Assembly: GCA_964188305.1 (NCBI GenBank)
Contig: OZ076894.1
Direction: 5' to 3' (one strand)
DNA: 64,000 nt
Source: Podarcis bocagei
Lineage: Eukaryota
The notes under the pieces are model-generated. The model was not told the DNA's origin and searched no databases. It saw only the letters and a program-made list of their open reading frames with translations. How positions within the stretch are numbered: the stretch's first letter is position 1; every line of letters begins with the position of its first letter. Below, one piece after another: positions 26,164 to 37,420 of the stretch. Position numbers and translations under genes: made by a program.

Positions 26164-28458
26164 TTTATTTTTTAAAAGATATTTATTAAAAGTTTAATAG
26201 TTACAGAAAAAAGAAAAAAGAAACAGTAAAAAATTCACAATACATCAAAAATAAAGAGAAAAAAACAAAAAAGTTTCATGAAGAAGAATTTACAGGGGTT
26301 GGTCAAGGCTTTGGAAATGGTATAGGTGCAATTTATTCAGAACAGAAGGCTAAATTAATTGTGAATAACGTAGTGACGGAAGAATTTAAGATTGAGAAAG
26401 GAACATGACAAGGTTGCCCAATTTCCCCATTGCTTTTCATATCGGTCCTGGAGGTTTTGCTAAATATGATTAGAAAGGACCAATTGGTAAAAGGTATACA
26501 AGTGGGAGCCAAACAGTACAAACTGAAAGCATTTGCTGATGATTTGGTATTGACTTTACAGGAGCCAGAATCTAGTACTAAAAGAGTTCTGGAACTGATT
26601 CAAGAATTTGGTCAGGTAGCAGGTTTTAAGTTGAACAAGACGAAAATTAAGGTTTTAGAGAAAAATCTAACGGAGATCGAGAGAGATAAGTTTCAGAAGG
26701 AGACAGGATTAACACTGGTTAAGAAAGTGAAATATTTAGGGGTTAATATGACGGCTAAGAATGTGAATTTATTTAAGGATAATTATGAAAAATGTTGGAC
26801 TGAAGTGAAAAAGGACTTAGAAATATGGTCAAATTTGAAGTTATTGTTGTTAGGTTGAATTGCTGTGATAAAAATGAATGTATTGCCAAGAATGCTGTTT
26901 CTGTTTCAAACATTGCAAATTTTGGACAAAATGGACTGTTTCAAGAAGTGGCAGAGAGATATCTCTAGATTTGTCTGGCTGGGCAAGAAGCCTTGTATAA
27001 AATTTAAGATATTAACTGATGCTAAAGAAAGAGGTGGATTTGCCCTGCCAGACCTTAAACTTTAGTATGAATCAGCCGCTTTTTGTTGGCTGAGAGAATG
27101 GATGCTTCTTGAAAATACTGACGTGTTGGATTTGGAAGGTTTTAACAATTTATTTGGTTGGCATGCATATCTGTGGTATGACAAGGTTAAAGCACATAAA
27201 GCGTTTAAAAACCATATTGTCAGGAAAGCACTGTTTAATGTCTGGATAAGATACAAAGACCTATTAGAAAATAAAACCCCGAGATGGCTGTCAGCAATGG
27301 AAGCAAAGGCTCAGAAAAAACTCAATATGGAGGCCAAATGGCCGAAGTATTGGGAAATTCTGGAGCAAGAGGGAGATAGACTAAAACTGCAGAGCTTTGA
27401 AAAATTAAAAAACAGAGTGCGAGACTGGCTCCATTATTATCAAATAATGGAGGCATATAATCTGGACAAAAAATTAGGCTTCCAGGTGGAAAAATCAAAA
27501 TTGGAAACAGAATTGTTAGACCCCAAAGTTAAGAATTTGTCAAGAATGTATAACTTGTTGTTGAAATGGAATACTCAGGATGAAACGGTGAAATCTGCTA
27601 TGATCAAATGGGTGCAAGATGTTGGACATAACATTATGATGGCTGACTGGGAACAGTTATGGACCACAGGTATGAAATTTACGGCATGTAATGCCTTAAG
27701 AGAGAACCTAATGAAAATGATCTATAGGTGGTACATAACACCAGTCAAGCTTGCAAAAATCTACCATTTGCCTGATAACAAATGTTGGAAATGTAAGGAG
27801 ACTGAAGGTACATTCTTTCACCTTTGGTGGACATGCCCAAGGATTAAGAACTTCTGGGAGATGATTTATAATGAAATGAAAAAGGTATTTAAATATACCT
27901 TCCTGAAGAAACCAGAGGCCTTTCTCCTAGGCATGGTCGGCCAATTGGTGCCAAAGAAGGATAGAACTTTTTTTATGTATGCTACAACAGCAGCAAGAAT
28001 ACTCATCGCAAAGCACTGAAAGACACAAGATTTACCCACCCGGGAAGAAGGGCAGATGAAGCTGATGGACTACATGGAATTGGCGGAAATGACTGGCAGA
28101 ATCCGAGACCAGGGAGAAGAGTCGGTGGAAGAAGATTGGAAAAAATTCAAAGTATATTTACAGAAATATTGTAAAATTAATGAATGTTAGAAGGATGCTG
28201 GAATGAAGTTACATGGTTTTAGCAGAAATGTTATAAAGAACTAAGTAAAAATAGATTGTTAATGGGCCAAAGTTTAAAATTTAAGGTTAGATTGTGTTAA
28301 GATAAATTATAGAACAAAAATTGAGAAAGATGGAAAGGGTTTGCTGAAATAGCTAATTGAACAAGAATACAAAAAAGGGAGGTGTGAGGAGGTCAATGAT
28401 ACAAGTAAATGAAAGGTAGAGATATAGAGATATTGGATGTGTTTTTTAAATGTTTTTG
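26164..28458. mobile_element. 5'-truncated L1-clade LINE with internal inversion
   Basis: 20-bp TSD CTTAAATGGTGAGATTTTAT (26144-63, 28459-78). 26164-~26272 is the 3' UTR end/A-rich tail on the minus strand; ~26272-28458 is ORF2 plus proximal 3' UTR on the plus strand. Confidence 0.92.
26272..28190 (+). pseudogene. L1 ORF2 remnant: RT domain C-half and CCHC zinc knuckle
   Basis: One frame with GT*QGCPISPLLF, AFADD, VKYLGV, GGFALPDL and CWKCKETEGTFFHLWWTC. Premature stops at 26406, 26856, 27063 and 28017; natural stop probably the TAG ending at 28190. Confidence 0.93.
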
Positions 28459-28504
28459 CTTAAATGGTGAGATTTTATAAGCAATTGCTTTTGAAGCAGG
28501 ACTC

Positions 28505-28842
28505 AAGACCCTCCAAGTGTCCCTTTTTTCCAGGGACGTCCTTGATTTAGAGAAGCCATCCTGGTTTCTGATTTGATCCCAGAATGTCCCACTTTTCCTT
28601 AGGATGTCCCGATTTTCATTTGAGAAATGTTGGAGGGTATGGAGTTATCCAACTGCCAAGCCATCTGAAGGCAATCCTGTATAGGGAATGTTTTTTAAAT
28701 GTTTAATGTGGCATTATGTTTCATTATGTCTTTATATCTGTTGAAAGCTGCCCAGAGTGCTGGGGCAACCCAATAAATAGTACAATTATCATTATGGAAT
28801 GGGACATCCCTACTTTCATCGGAGAAATGTTAGAGGGTGTGG
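28505..28842. mobile_element. hAT-like non-autonomous element
   Basis: accctccaa...ttggagggtatg inverted ends, with the right terminal block duplicated (~28600-28642 and ~28800-28841) and gtccc subterminal repeats. Confidence 0.55.
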
Positions 28843-30818
28843 GACTCCCTCTTCTGAGGTTCTTTGACCCTTGCATTCCACTACCAGTAAGAATGGAACC
28901 TGATGACTTATTTATAATGTGACAACTGACCATTCAGCTGGTCTGTCTTGTTTCATTGTGGACTTAAAAGGTGCAAGGAAGGATGGAGGAAAAATCTGCA
29001 GTTCTACAGCAGCATCTTGGTCATTCCCCAAGTTGATGGGGCTCATTTGATAACAATAGGAAACCAAGTCTTTAATGTCATTTGCCCAGTATTGTGGAAC
29101 GCTAACTGAGTCAGACTTATTGGTCTACCCTTGAGTTAAGGCCCCTCCCTTAAATTTGCCACTTCTCCAGATTTTGTGATGTAGTTCTTCAGTCAAAGAA
29201 TGTATACCAAAATATGTATATTAGGGAAAATAATATACATTCTTCTGCAAAGATGCTTATACTAGGCCAAATTTTGCGGAAAATATGTATATTAGGAGAC
29301 ATGAGCGATAAAATGAATATGAATGTTCATGTAGGCTTTGCTTTCTTTAAATCAGAATGCACTGAAGAACTGAAAAACCAGAAGTTCACCCATCCCTAGG
29401 TGCAAGACCTATAGAAATGAATGGGAGCAATGCAAAAGCATTTGCAAATAGCTCTTATTCATTTCAGTGAATGCAGAATAACTGCCCAATAGATGATGCA
29501 CAATGAGAACAGTAAAAAGATCTCTAGGTTGTACAATATTTGTTAAGGGCTTTATAAATAATAATAATTAGACGCTGTGTTCTCTTTGTATTGAGAAAAT
29601 GGCAATAGAAGGTGAAATATTTGCTTTCAAAATCCATTATGTTGTGTTACAATAAAACTCTTCCTTTTCTTCAAGGCTTGTCCTGCCCCCATCATTTGCA
29701 TTATAGTGTCTAGGCCTTACAAATGAGAACCAGAAGCAAGAAACGTGTAAAGACACTGAATATTTACGTGCATCTGTGACTGCTTCCAGCTGTTGTTCCC
29801 AAAATAAAACATGACCGAAGCTGTGATGAATTGCCTTTGGAAAAAAATTGGCCAAACACATATTTTCAGTGAAATTGTCAGCCTATTATAGAAGGCAATC
29901 CAATTTTGGCTTTAAACGCACAGTTAAAGCACCGTTAAACCACATTACTTCCCCCAAATCATTCTGGGAGCTTTAGTTTGTTAAGGGTGCTGGGAACTGT
30001 AGCTCTGTGCAAGGTACAAGTACAGTTCCCAATATTCTTTGCAGAAAGCCATGCACTTTAAATATATGCGATGAACAAAGCTGAAGTACAAATTAGAGGG
30101 GAAAAAGAAATTAGCCCAACTGATAATGAAAATACATCCCCCAAGTCATTTCAAAGGCAAAACTGATATCAATGAATGGCTAGCTTGTTTTTCACCTCAA
30201 TCATTTGTATCCATAGCTGCCACCTCCTCAGCAGATTTCTTTTTAAATAAGGATGTGTCTTCTGCTGCTGCCACCTGCTATTATATTCTCCTAATTCTCG
30301 TATCAAGTTGGGACCTAGTTACCCGTCAGTAAGAGGATTGGTTGGGGAAATTTGCCAAGGAGTATTAATTCAATGTCCATTGATATAGGTAGCCCCCACC
30401 TAGTTTTCCTGAATGGCATCTAAATTCAGTGTTCTGCAGACAGATTGACTGAAGACACAGATGGGGAGTGTTTCAAGATGTGCTTGCTATGAGTCAGTTA
30501 TCTGTTACATAAAACAAACCCCGCTTTCAAAAAAACCCTGTTTGCTGAATCCCTTTGTCTATCCATCTCTGTTTCAGGGTATGCCAATTTGCATTCTGAT
30601 TGCCATTTCTTACTTTAAAGCTCACCATCCATTTAAAGCACCCTTATACCACTTTAACAGACATGGATTTCCCCAAATAATCCTGGGAACTGGTTTCTTT
30701 AAAAGCTTCTTTTTAATTCAATGGGTATGCAACTTTATAAAAAATAAATATACACATCATGGATATGGTAAGTATACAAAAGAGAGAGAAAATAGCAGAA
30801 ACATAGAATGTACAATTA

Positions 30819-31077
30819 CCGTATTTTTTGCTCTATAAGACTCACTTTTTCCCTCCTAAAAAGTAAGGGGAAATGTGTGTGCATCTTATGGAGCGAATGC
30901 AGGCTGCGCAGCTATCCCAGAAGCCAGAACAGCAAGAGAGATTGCTGCTTTCTCTGCGCAGCGATCCCTCTTGCTGTTCTGGCTTCTGAGATTCAGAATA
31001 TTTTTTTTCTTGTTTTCCTCCTCCAAAAACTAGGTGCGTCTCGTGGTCTGGTGCGTCTTATAGAGCGCAAAATACGG
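30819..31077. mobile_element. Tc2-type MITE (259 bp)
   Basis: CCGTATTTTTTGCTCTATAAGAC...GTCTTATAGAGCGCAAAATACGG; TA flanks; internal hairpin cagaagccagaacagcaagag / ctcttgctgttctggcttctg. Confidence 0.9.
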
Positions 31078-32378
31078 TATATACTGCCCTTCATTTAAGG
31101 ACCCCTGGGGAGTTTTTAACATAAAAAGCACAATAATACGTGACATAATAACAAACAAAATCCCACCCATATATAAAGAGTGAAAACATTAATATCTAAT
31201 TGTAAGGAAAAGGGTAAGGGGGGGAAATGGACAAATGGACAAATGTGGTAAGTCATAGATGAAGAAAACAAGCAGGGAAAGTACTAGTTAAAAGTACTTC
31301 CAGATAAATTCATACTTTGCGGGGACTGTATTGAAAAAGGGTGATTATTAAGGTCAGTGCTATTTTTCCAGAAAAAGAGGTGCCGGAACTGACCTTGGTG
31401 TCTTACGTTGGTGTCACAGAGTTATTCTGCTTTTTCTATTCAGAATGATCTGTTAGATATCCTAAACTCTCACAGAACTGCAGTTCTCAGGGAAGACTGA
31501 AAATGTCAAGCCTGGAGTCTACACGTTGCCTGATGAGCTCTCATTTCTGTCAGTAAAATGGTGCTGCCAAATAGCCATTTACAAGATATGATCAAGATGC
31601 ATCATTCTGAAGCATCAATTAGAGTCTCGTACAAAGGAAGGCCAGAAGAGACAGTATATCTCTTGTCTACCTAAATAAGGGCATGGGGAGCTAAACCTGA
31701 CTTTGTTTCTGGTTGGTGCACTTTTGGCTTTGACAATAGGGAACAGAAATATCTCCAATCATACTCATTCTCCTGTCTTCAGGCTTGCCTACCTATAATT
31801 CAAAGCAGATGGGGGAGTAAAGTTCAAAATCTCACTCAGATACATCTGGTTCTTAGGCTAGTAAAATGATTCACCCTGATGCTACTCTGATTTTAACATA
31901 GCATGGGGCTGGGTCCAATATTTACAGTGCCATTCTATGCAGTCTCCCTGTGTTCTGTGGAGCTTACTCCTATGAAAGTGTGTTCAGGATTGCAGCCTTA
32001 TGCATTAGTAACTTTGTATTAATGCAACATTTTTATAAGTAACTGTCTTTTTGTAATATTTTGTTTCCGTTATCTATTGTTGCTTCTTTTTTTTGTACAC
32101 CGCTTAGGGATATTTTAAATATATTAAGTAGTATATAAATTAAATAATCAAATCAAATTAATGGTGACAAAACTTATAAACAGCACTGAAGTGTTGCATT
32201 CATTGGATGGGGATCTCTATACTGCACTTGTAGAGCTTCACTGAAGGCATAATACATTATGGAGGACTAAGCTTCTGGAATAAGGTAGATCAATGGTGTG
32301 GACCCTTTTGGGAACATAGGAAGAGGCCTTATATCAAGTCAGACCAATGGTCCATCTAGCTCAGTGTTGTCTACCCTC

Positions 32379-32770
32379 GAGCGACGTGGGTGGTGCTGTG
32401 GTCTAAACCACTGAGCTTCTTGGGCTTGCCGATGGGAAGGTCAGTGGTTCAGATCCCCGCAACAGAGTGAGCTCCCGTTGCTCTGTCCCAGCTCCTGCCA
32501 ACCTAGCAGTTCGAAAGCACGCCAGTGCAAGTAGATAAATAGGTACTTCTGTGGCAGGAAGGTAAATGGTGTTTCCGCGTACTCTGGTTTCTGTTACGGT
32601 GTTCCGTTGCACCAGAAGCGGTTTAGTCATGCCGGCCACATAACCCGGAAAGCTGTCTGTGGACAAACACTGGCTCCTTTGGCCTGAAAGCGAGATGAGT
32701 GCCATAACTGCATAGTCGCCTTTGACTGGACTTAATCGTCTAGGGGTCCTTTACCTTTTTACTTTTACCT
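32379..32770 (+). mobile_element. Sauria SINE, longer subfamily
   Basis: Sauria SINE motifs with an extra internal segment; ACCTTT-type tail; 12-bp TSD ttgtctaccctc/ttgtcgaccctc. Confidence 0.9.
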
Positions 32771-32850
32771 TTGTCGACCCTCTCCAAGGTTTCAGGCAAG
32801 AGCCTCTCCAGTCCTGCCTGGAGATGCTAGCAATTGAAGCTGGTACCTTC

Positions 32851-33274
32851 TAGTATTGATACATCACCCAGGACCAGTTTGAAGGCCAGAACACAATGGC
32901 CCACCATCACACTTTGGCCCTCAAGCTGAGGGAGGAATGAGACACGAGGTGCCAGAGCCGATGCAACTTGTTTTTTCCCTCGACACCACAGGTGCTGGTG
33001 ACTCCCTCCGTTACCAGTGCCCAGCACATGGAGGAACAAGCTCCATTGGCCCTGGACCTGAAAGGTGCCATGGCCAATGGAGCTTGTTCCTCCCTTGTCG
33101 CCCAGGCATTGGTGGAGGAGGGAGCTGAGGTGGTTTCACCCCAGTGCCTCGCGGCACCAGGCCCAATGCAGCCTGTTCCTTCCTCCACTTTTCAACATCG
33201 TGATGCATCACTATATTGCGATGTCTGGGTGGTGATACATAGAGATGTTGAAAAGCTGATATCACCCATCTCTA
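32851..33274. mobile_element. hAT-type MITE with internal hairpin
   Basis: TAG...CTA termini; perfect 8-bp TSD GTACCTTC (32843-50, 33275-82). Confidence 0.75.
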
Positions 33275-33823
33275 GTACCTTCTGTATGCAAAGCAAATGC
33301 TCTTCCTCTGAGCAGCATCCCTTCCCCACAAAATTCAAATTGTTCAGCCCGAGAGGCACATTCTTTTAACAGTAAGCTTCTGAAGACCATAGGCTGATTA
33401 TTACACACACTCACACACTCCCCTCTGTCCTGCATTCAGACAAGCGAAAAGCATTATCAAAGTTCAGTGATAAATTCCAGCCAGGCACTCAGAGTGCAAA
33501 GCAGGATCAAGGGAAGAGTTCCAAGGGCCAGACTGAGAGGGCTGGTGGGCCATATTAGGGTCCTGGACCTGAGATCACCTACCATGAAGGAGGTGCTAAT
33601 ATTTTGTATGGCCTGAACTGGATACATTTGCTATACAGAAAACATGAATGTAGAATGTCTAACAGATGAGATTTTGGACTAGGCTATGTGGCCAGGAGAT
33701 TCAATAACAAGCAGTGAAAGGAAGTAAGAACTACACACTCAATTCAATATACAGGTCCCATTGTCAGCACAAAAGGAAGTCGATGTAGAACACAGCTTCT
33801 AACTTTAAGCACAAGTAGTTCAG

Positions 33824-34354
33824 AAAAGCGCATCCAAAATGATCAAGGGGCTTGAGCTCCCCTATGAGTAAAGGTTACAACAGTTTGCATGTTTCCATTT
33901 AGACGGATAAGAGCTGGGCAGGATAGAGGTATATAAAATTATGTACTGTGTGTTGGAAGTGGATAGAAGTTTTTCATAATACTAGAACCCAGGGTCATCC
34001 AATGAAGCTGAATGCTGGACTGTTGAAAGGAAATAGTTCTTTACTAAGCTAAACTAAGGAGTTTGTTACTGCAGGATGTAACAATAGTCACTAACTCAGC
34101 CAGCTTTAAAAGGTGATTTGACAAATTCATGGAGGATAAGGCTAACAATGGCTTTTAGCCATGACTGCGGTGTCCTGCTTCTGGTATCAGAGACAGCATG
34201 CCTCTGAATACAAGTTGCCAAGGAGTACTAAGCAGGAGGAGTGCTGTCACACTGAAGTTCTGTTTCAGAGTTTCCCATAAGCATCTGCTTGGCCACTGTC
34301 CACAGGATGAGGGACTAGATGGGCTTTGGATCAGATCTGACAGGGCTCTTATGT
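33824..34354 (+). mobile_element. CR1 LINE 3' end
   Basis: aaaatgatcaagggg...actagaacccagggtcatccaatgaagctg...gacaaattcatggaggataaggct...cagggctcttatgt. Related 3' UTR pieces at ~10000-10360 (-), 11090-11330 (-), 23865-24015 (-), 39905-40160 (-), 46580-47020 (-) and 52420-52730 (+). Confidence 0.8.
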
Positions 34355-35365
34355 TAGGGTTACCCATTTCCCGGGGACAGTCCCTGGGTTTACGAATAAG
34401 TCCCCAGACAAATTCCATCCTTGGAATGTCCCCGGATTTCATCTAATGTCCCCGGGAATGTGATCTAATGTCCCCGGGAAACGCAGCAGCAGCAGTCTCA
34501 GCAGCCCAGAGCAGTAGGCTCTGGCTGGCTTCAGGAGCTGCTCAGAAGTCCCCATATGATGGTGGTGCAGGGGTTCTAAGATGCAGCTTCCGGGCTGCCT
34601 CCACCTTCCCTGACCCCACCAACTAAGCTGTGAAGGGAGGCTTCATGCTGCCTATCGGAGCAGCCTCCCAACTCGTGCAAGCAGGAGCGGGGCAGGGATC
34701 TCTCAGCTGTGAAGGGAGACTTCACACTGCCTATCAGAGCTTGCGTGCAAGCAGAAGGGGACAGGGATCTCTCAGTTAGGCAACGGGAAGCCTCCCTTCC
34801 CAGCAGAGGGATCCCCGCCCCCCTCCCGCTTGCAGGCAAGTAGGAATGGGGTTGGGGCTTCTTCAGTGGGAAGGGAGGCATCACACTGCCTGAGAGATCC
34901 CTGCACGCAAGTAGGAGTTGGGACGGGGCTGCCCCGAAAGACAGTGTGAAGCCTCCCTTCCCAGCTGAGGGATCCCTGCCCCCTCCCGCTTGCACACAAG
35001 TAGGAATGGGATTGGGGCTGCTCTGATGGGAAGGGAGGCTTCACACTGTCTGAGCCTCACCGCCACTGCTGTCCTTGGCCCTCCTTCTCTGCCTTCCATG
35101 CCTGAGATCTCACAGCTTCCCCACCACCACCACCGAAGAACCAAGAATGCAGGGGCTGCCCAGGCTCATGGAGAAAGGAGACAGGAAGACTCAGAGGAAG
35201 GGAAGACATGGCGGTTGAGGTCAAGGCAGCGGCTGCCCCTCTGCTACTGCCATTGCTGCAGCATCAACGTCCTGTACGTGTAGTATGTATGTATGTATTT
35301 TTATGTACGTATGCATGTATTTAATTAAAGTGTCCCTGGATTCATTGAAAAATCTGGTAACCTTA
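34355..35365. mobile_element. hAT (Blackjack-like) element, 1.0 kb, with GC-rich internal repeat array
   Basis: TAGGGTTACC...GGTAACCTTA termini; 8-bp flanking duplication TCTTATGT; tgtcccc subterminal repeats. Confidence 0.8.
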
Positions 35366-36238
35366 TCTTATGTCTATATGGGTAGGAATCTACTAATGCT
35401 GCAGCAGAGTGCAGCTGAAAACACCAGCTGCGCTCTTGAAGTTGCTGCAGTCATGAGGATGGGAAGCAGCAGTCAAGATGCCAGTCATCCAGCCTCTGAT
35501 GCATTTCTGCATGCTACTTTACAGCAGCAAACTGTGCTGCCATATTGCTGCCAAACTGTTATACATAAAGACAGGCATATAGAACATAGACAGCTGCCAC
35601 ATACTGAATTCATCTAGCAGACTATTGTCTACACTGACAGACTCTCCAAGATTTTGGAAAAGAGTCTCTCCCTAGCCCTACCTAGAGACATTGAGAGTGG
35701 AATCTGGTATCTTCTCTACGGAAAGCTGATGGTGCTCAACTCCTGATCTATCGCCCGTCCCTGCAGATATTTTGCAGGCAATAAAAAGAGAGCCTTTTTG
35801 CTTTTTTCAAAATTATTTTGAGCACCTTTCTGTAAACATAAGGCAGAAATTTATAGCAAAAAATACAACGAACTCTCCTTACAACTTTCAAATAGACGCA
35901 TTTAAATTAGACTGATCAGGAACAGATTCTGGTCCATGAACTTAGAGAGAGCTTAAAGTCTTCATTGTCTTAGCACATTCAAATGCACATTGAATTCTGT
36001 ATATATGGGTTGAAATGGTAAACAAAGGTAAACACTCTCCCCAAAACTCAGAATGACATTATAAATAATCTATCTGCCAACCACCCAATTGCCATCTTTC
36101 TTAATATTCACTAAATTCATTTGAAAATATGCAGTTTACGTTGAAAAAAAGGAAGATTAGAGAGAGGGGAAGGGAGACAGAGAGAAACTTGGAGCAAAAA
36201 TTAATAGCAGAAATATGTTGAAAAAAAGAAAGATTTAC

Positions 36239-36891
36239 TTGTTTTGTCCATCTTCCACGTAGGTTGTTCTATAAAAGCCAACCAGGGATCCATTTAAACG
36301 GCCTTGGAACATCATGGTCAGTAAATAGGCGTCATTTCCACTGGTGGGAGCCAGCTCTTCTTCTGCCTCTACCACCACATATTCCTGTGGTTTGTACTCA
36401 AAGCAATGCTTTAGGGTAATTGACTGGCCGGACGATTTCATGAGCAAGGGCATCCTGGTAATCTTAGTCTCTCGGAGGTGAAGCCACAAGTGCCTGGTTG
36501 GGCTTCCCAACTGGATGGTGATAGTGACTGATCCATCGTACAAATCTGCTTCCATCTCAGGCTTCAGTATCAGGTCATAATGAATCGGACTAACATAGGT
36601 GGGTAGCCTGAAATTTTTCCAATCTCCACTTTCATTATTTTCAGCCGGGCATGGATCTGTCTCACCTGGAGCAGGGCTTGCAGTGGGTGATGCAGTTGAC
36701 ACTGAAGTGGGTGATGCAGTCGGCACTTTCCCATTTTCTTCTGAAGGACAGTCCTGCGGTTTTAAGCCCAGGCCCAGGCCCAGGCCCAAAATTAAACCTA
36801 CAGCAGCTATCACGCCACAGATAAGGGCCACATGTTTGCTCTTCAAGCAGTACCTTTTGGATGACTTATCTTCCATATCCATTCTCTGCAT
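36239..36891 (-). CDS. ENPEP: Glutamyl aminopeptidase (aminopeptidase A), coding exon 1: cytoplasmic tail, type II signal-anchor, stalk, start of M1 N-terminal domain
   Basis: Translation MQRMDMEDKSSKRYCLKSKHVALICGVIAAVGLILGLGLGLGLKP...WKNFRLPTYVSPIHYDL...GSLVGFYRTTY is typical of aminopeptidase A. The first ATG is at 36891 (the ORF track starts at an upstream GTG); alternative ATGs are at 36882 and 36876. Donor AA|GTAAAT at 36239/36238 (phase 2). Confidence 0.96.
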
Positions 36892-37199
36892 CTCCACTCC
36901 CCCTGGACCAAAGCTATATATCCAACATTAAAAAGGCTGATAAAACAACAGTGCTGTAGCCTTTAAAAATATATGCACACCTATTGGTTTAGCAAGCTCT
37001 GCTTATGTTTAATAGTTTTCTCTCTCCCTCACCCCCTCGCTCACTTACTTTTCCGTTCTCTCTGCCTCACTCCCCAGCCACTTCCCTCCTACAGAAACTC
37101 AAGTTAACTTCTTTCTTTTCTTTTTTTAAAGAAAGTTTATCCGTAGGAAAGTGAACAGTAAAGAAGGATTTGTCTAGAGAGCGGAGACAGAGGAAATTA

Positions 37200-37420
37200 A
37201 CACAGAAGAACATTGTAGCTGCTGCAAACGCTTCTTATAAGCAGTTGCAACCCCACCCCCAACTCCTCCTGCTCTGGTCAGAGTTAAATATAAAACAGCG
37301 CTGTGTTAATCAGCAGTTGGAGATGATCAAATGCCAAGGCTCGGTCAGCAGCTTTCCAAAAGGGAGATCACAGACTGAGAGGTGTGTGCAACTCCTCAGA
37401 AACCTCAACCTTTGTCACTA
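37200..37420 (-). promoter_or_regulatory. Candidate ENPEP core promoter
   Basis: The minus strand reads GGGGGTGGGG (KLF/SP GT-box, 37260-37251) then TTATAAGAAG (TATA-like, 37240-37231). GTTAA HNF1-like half sites lie at ~37282 and ~37304. The region is repeat-free and ~340 nt upstream of the first ATG. The TSS is inferred, not observed. Confidence 0.4.

Larger units (their letters stand above)
32311..33326 (-). mobile_element. Old tRNA-derived SINE split by two later insertions
   Basis: Pieces 32311-32378, 32783-32850 and 33283-33326 join into the same repeat seen at ~11320-11485, 35620-35760, 53105-53275, 56960-57125 (+), 63225-63390 (+) and 63640-63790. Confidence 0.7.

Noticed and set aside
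27102-28019. 305-aa ORF as a possible domesticated gene
   Set aside because: It is simply the longest stop-free stretch of a decaying L1 ORF2, bounded by premature stops in the same frame.
31530-31570. CTGATGAG hammerhead-like box
   Set aside because: No stem II followed by GAAA downstream.
34620-35050. Repeat-spacer appearance suggesting a CRISPR-like array
   Set aside because: Units occur in both orientations, the intervening sequences are themselves related, the array lies within hAT termini and the DNA is vertebrate.
36905-36925. TATATA just upstream of the ENPEP ATG as the promoter
   Set aside because: It is only ~25 nt from the first ATG, leaving essentially no 5' UTR; the element at ~37235 fits better, though neither is proven.
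36599-36931. 110-aa antisense ORF over ENPEP exon 1
   Set aside because: Shadow frame of the coding exon with a non-ATG start and no independent support.
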